Shown: positions 59,864 to 64,000 of the stretch, one piece after another
How the letters are laid out: each line of letters opens with the position of its first letter
Position numbering within the stretch: the stretch's first letter is position 1
NCBI RefSeq assembly: GCF_009914755.1
Contig: NC_060932.1
Length of the DNA: 64,000 nucleotides
Strand: one strand, 5' to 3'
From: the human T2T-CHM13v2.0 reference genome, Homo sapiens
Translations under genes and position numbers: made by a program
The notes under the pieces: generated by a model
The model's database searches: none
What the model was told of the DNA's origin: nothing
What the model saw: only the letters and a program-made list of their open reading frames with translations

Positions 59864-60355
59864 ATATACTATATATTTACTTTTGTGTTGTCTTTCTCCT
59901 CTTACTAGAATGTAAGCCCCATGAGGCCAGCATCTAACAAGTTAAGAACATAAGGCAGATGAGTTTCCACAATTTATTTAACACACATCTATAAGGCTAC
60001 ACCTGTCTTGGCTCAATAAAAATAGCTTAGAACACAAGAGGATAAGCAGAATTTCATTCGAGGATAGAGCAAAATTAACAATGAAGAAATATATATGCTC
60101 TGAGCTAATATGACAGATTGGAGAAATATAGTTCAATGGGCAAGGACAGGAAAGCTTGGGTTTCTCCAAGACAAGTCTTAGAAAGGTTAATCCTTCCAGA
60201 ATGGATGAAGGAGCTGACTGCAGTTCCAACTCACTAAACCAAGGTGGGAAAAGAGGAAACGGTCTACAGTGAGAGGGAAGACTAAGAAGAAGGGCTTGAG
60301 TGGACTAAGGGTTTCAATGTACCTTCAATAGTGCAGGGCATGCATCCACTTAGGG

Positions 60356-60546
60356 CAGGAGACACATTCCTCAACCACACAGTGTTACTGACATTTTAGA
60401 GGGGACAAATTGTTTAGCATCCTTGACCTCCACCTAGTAAACGCTAGCAATGCCCTTCACTCATTGTGACAACCAAAAATGCTCCCTCCCTTTTTCTCTC
60501 TATCCAATATACATTTCCAAATACTACTTCCTGTTGAGAACCACTG
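60356..60546 (-). mobile_element. MER20 (hAT-Charlie) relic
   Basis: TGTTTAGCATCC..TTGTGACAACCAAAAATG..GTTGAGAACCACTG. Confidence 0.75.
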
Positions 60547-61435
60547 GGCTAATGTAAGAAGCGCTTGGTGTATGCCATTTGCTATCAGGCTTGGAAAGGG
60601 GAACAGCAAAAGCAAGGAAAGACTAGTCCAATGAAAGGAATGTGATGCTCAGCAGGCTGCTCACATGGGACCATAGGGATAAACATGGCAGTAGAAATGT
60701 CATTTACTTCTAGCATAGTTCAAGGTCAGGGCATACCCAACGCTGAATCCCAGAACATGGAGCTAGAGCTGCTTAAATACCTTCTGTTTTAGATTAGGTC
60801 AAAATTAGTTCCAGAAAGAGATTGGGGGAGAACCTGAAACGGATGAACAGGTGTGGAAATAGGAAGGGTGCGGAAAAGCAGTCTGGGCAGGCAGGTAGAG
60901 AAGTTAGGAAGTTGAATTTCCCCTTGCATTTCACCTGGTAGCAGCCAGCAAAAAGAGAGAAGAGTGTCTTATTCCTGTTTCCCACAGGGTTATACCACTC
61001 TTCTCCTCCCTACCCCTCCCTTTCTTCATTCTGTTCTTTTATTCATCCAGAAGAGATCAGATCATTATAAACAGGGGAAAACAAGTGACCAAAGGGCAAG
61101 GCTGATGGCTTGGTGGACATTCCCATCTGCTGTGCCTGGGAAGGAGGAGGTTCACTGGCCAACTGTGCCTATATGTGAGTCTTTGGTGTATTTTAGCTGC
61201 AGTGGGCAGAACCATGTCCTTCTCTTCATCATCTCCCAGAGTCCCTATAGTAAGGGAGGACAACATTCTTCCTCGCCCTCTTAGGTATCTCCAGTCAGGC
61301 CCAAGAATCAAACTAACATATGACCGATGAGTAGGAGAAAAGCATACAAATTTTAGTAGTTTTTACATGTACATGAGAACCTTCATGAAAAAAATGAAGA
61401 CTCAAAGAAATGATGACTAGAGCAGAAAAACTTTT

Positions 61436-61779
61436 GATAAATTAAATTTATAATAAGAGCTTATCTGAGCAAAGAATGATTCATGAATTGGGCAGCACTC
61501 AGGATCAGCAGAGGTTCAGAGACCTCTTCCCTGCAATGTGATCAATGAGCACTTACAGACAGAACGGGAAATAAAGTACAGAAGTAGTTTGGTTACAGCA
61601 AGGCATTTTGCCTTATTTGGATATGGTCTGATTAGTTGCCTGCTTGGGATTGACTGAGACTCAGCTGTTTGTTACTTTCCTAAGTAAGGTTTTCAGTTTG
61701 TTTATGTACTAAGTTAGGTTGTGATTCCATACACAGGAATTTCAGGTACAGAGATATGCTCAGTCAAATTTAATTTAAT
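61436..61779 (-). mobile_element. Nested ERV1 LTR (MER57/MER93-like)
   Basis: TTTGCCTTATTTGG..CAGTTTGTTTATGTACTAAGTTAGGTTG..CAAATTTAATTTAA. Confidence 0.55.
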
Positions 61780-62010
61780 GAACTTTTAGAAAATGAAAAA
61801 TAAATGTGTGAAGCAATAACAAGACAAAGGGAGTTTGGGCTGGGGCAGTAAATTGTGGGGAAGTGACTAGGAGATATATGAGGGATGGGATAAACTAGTG
61901 GAAGATAAGAGTTATTTTAGTAAATTTGTACAGATCCATTTCAGTGTTGATTCCTAGTCTCTGATGATGAGGATGTTCATTTCTTCCTGCTATAGAGAGA
62001 GCACTTTTCT

Positions 62011-62375
<365 letters not shown>

Positions 62376-62654
62376 TCAGAGGGCTCTTCCTGCATCTGCT
62401 GTTTCTCATAATATTCAATATGCCAAAGCAGCATGTTTTGGGGTGATTTGGCCTAAATTCTTTCACCATCCAGCTAATGAAATGCTAACATTTTTCCAAA
62501 AGTCCGGACCCTAAGCCATGCCCTAGCATGATAAATCCCAAGAACAGCTGCTAGGATGATACCACCAAGAATATGACAAAAAGGAAATTCTGGACCCCAG
62601 ATTGAAACCAAGGTCAGTATTAAGGCACAGAGACCAACTTTGCTGTTCCCACAC

Positions 62655-63015
62655 TGATATGGTTTGGCTGTGTCTCCACCCAAATCTCATCTTGAAATGT
62701 AGTTTCCATAATCCCCACGTGTCATGGGAGGGACCTGATAGGAGGTAATTGAATCATGTGGGTAGGTTTTTCCTATGCTATTTTCATCATAGTAAGTCTC
62801 ACAAGAGCTGATGATTATGTAAAAGGCAGTTCCCCTGCACACAGTCTCTTGACTGCCACCATGTAAGACGTGCCTTTGCTCCTCTTTCGCCTTCCACCAT
62901 GATTGTGGTGCCTCCCAAGCCATGTGGAATTATAAGTCCATTAAACCTCTTTTTCTTCATAAATTACTCAGTCTCAGGTATGTCTTCATTAGCAGCATGA
63001 GAAAGGACTAATACG
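62655..63015 (+). mobile_element. THE1B-like solo LTR
   Basis: TGATATGGTTTGGCTGTGTC..GGACTAATAC; TSD CACAC. Confidence 0.9.
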
Positions 63016-64000
63016 CACACCCAATCCCATGAACTGAAGGCATGAAGTGGAAGAGTGAATAAATACTTCCTCAGTAAGGAAGACTCAAAGCAGAAAATGT
63101 GCAGAGGTAAACAACTTCTTGGTTACCTTTCAAACATAGAAAATCTTTTCCTATTAAAATTCTTCAGGGACAACACAAAAATGAAAAAGCTCTTCACGCA
63201 GTAGAGGCAAGGAGCCCATGTAACACCTGACTCTTCCTTGCAGTTAATTTTCATTTAATATTTCTTATGAGGACTGAACTACTGTGTAACAGACACCAAC
63301 GGGTTACTCCCCACCACCTTGTCTTTTTATTCTAAACCACATAGTGAGTGAGAAAATCAGAACATAAAATTCTTCCATTGCTCCTGGGGCAATGACTGTG
63401 CATTTATATTCCTGTTTTATGATGGAGAGGAGGGCCCTGCTCTCTCTTTAAAAGACTCTTAAAATCTGTTATGCATTTACCAGAATGTGGGTGAAAAATT
63501 CAAGATAAAAGCCTAATCATGTTCTGAGAAGGACATAATTATACAGTAATAGTTTGATAGCCCCTACTCTGAGAAAGCAATCACATTAAAGCAGACCCTC
63601 TTCATACACTAATAGTCCTTTGTTTCTGGAATAAGGGGGATGGTAACAGTGCTTGGGCAGAGAAGCCTCAGAGTTCCATCATCCATTTTGGTTTGAATAG
63701 GTTAAAGGAGAATTTAGAGAAGAGACCAAAGGTTTTTCTTTCTGGAAATGCAACATGGCTGTTTGTGTTCTGTTTTTCTTTTCATCAATCAGAAAGATCA
63801 GATATTGCTTTACAGAGAAGAAACATTAAAACTTTAGTTTCTAAGATGAAAAAAAAGGTCCCGAAGACTTGATAATCTCTGAATTTTCTCTTTCCACCCC
63901 CACCTCCTCACTATTAGCAACTTTTCCTTTGTAGATTGAGGGAGGGCAGCAGTGGAGGCTGGAAAGCTAGGGGAGTGGTAAAGGAATAGCCAGATGTATT

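Overview
Primate (almost certainly human or great-ape) genomic DNA with no intact protein-coding gene. Much of it is interspersed repeats: about 25 Alu copies or fragments, L1 fragments including a 3-kb 5'-truncated L1PA with a dead ORF2, MaLR/ERV solo LTRs, Tigger/MER DNA-transposon relics, and MIR/L2. The unique sequence looks like the 5' regulatory region of a minus-strand gene with two promoters. One is a TATA-like proximal promoter with a uORF-rich first exon at about 1-600; the other is a CpG-island promoter at about 41.4-43.5 kb. From recall of gene architecture only, not a database match, this resembles PRICKLE2; BLAT would settle it. I see no evidence of a novel multi-gene system. The best leads are a bipartite CTCF site with local CpG preservation (19.37 kb), a perfect 39-bp templated copy of an ancient L1 segment (13.93 kb), a perfect 75-bp tandem duplication (28.2 kb), seven tiled uORFs in the proximal leader, and a candidate alternative first exon in the CpG island. 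Repeat subfamily names come from recalled consensus sequences, and boundaries of old repeats are approximate.
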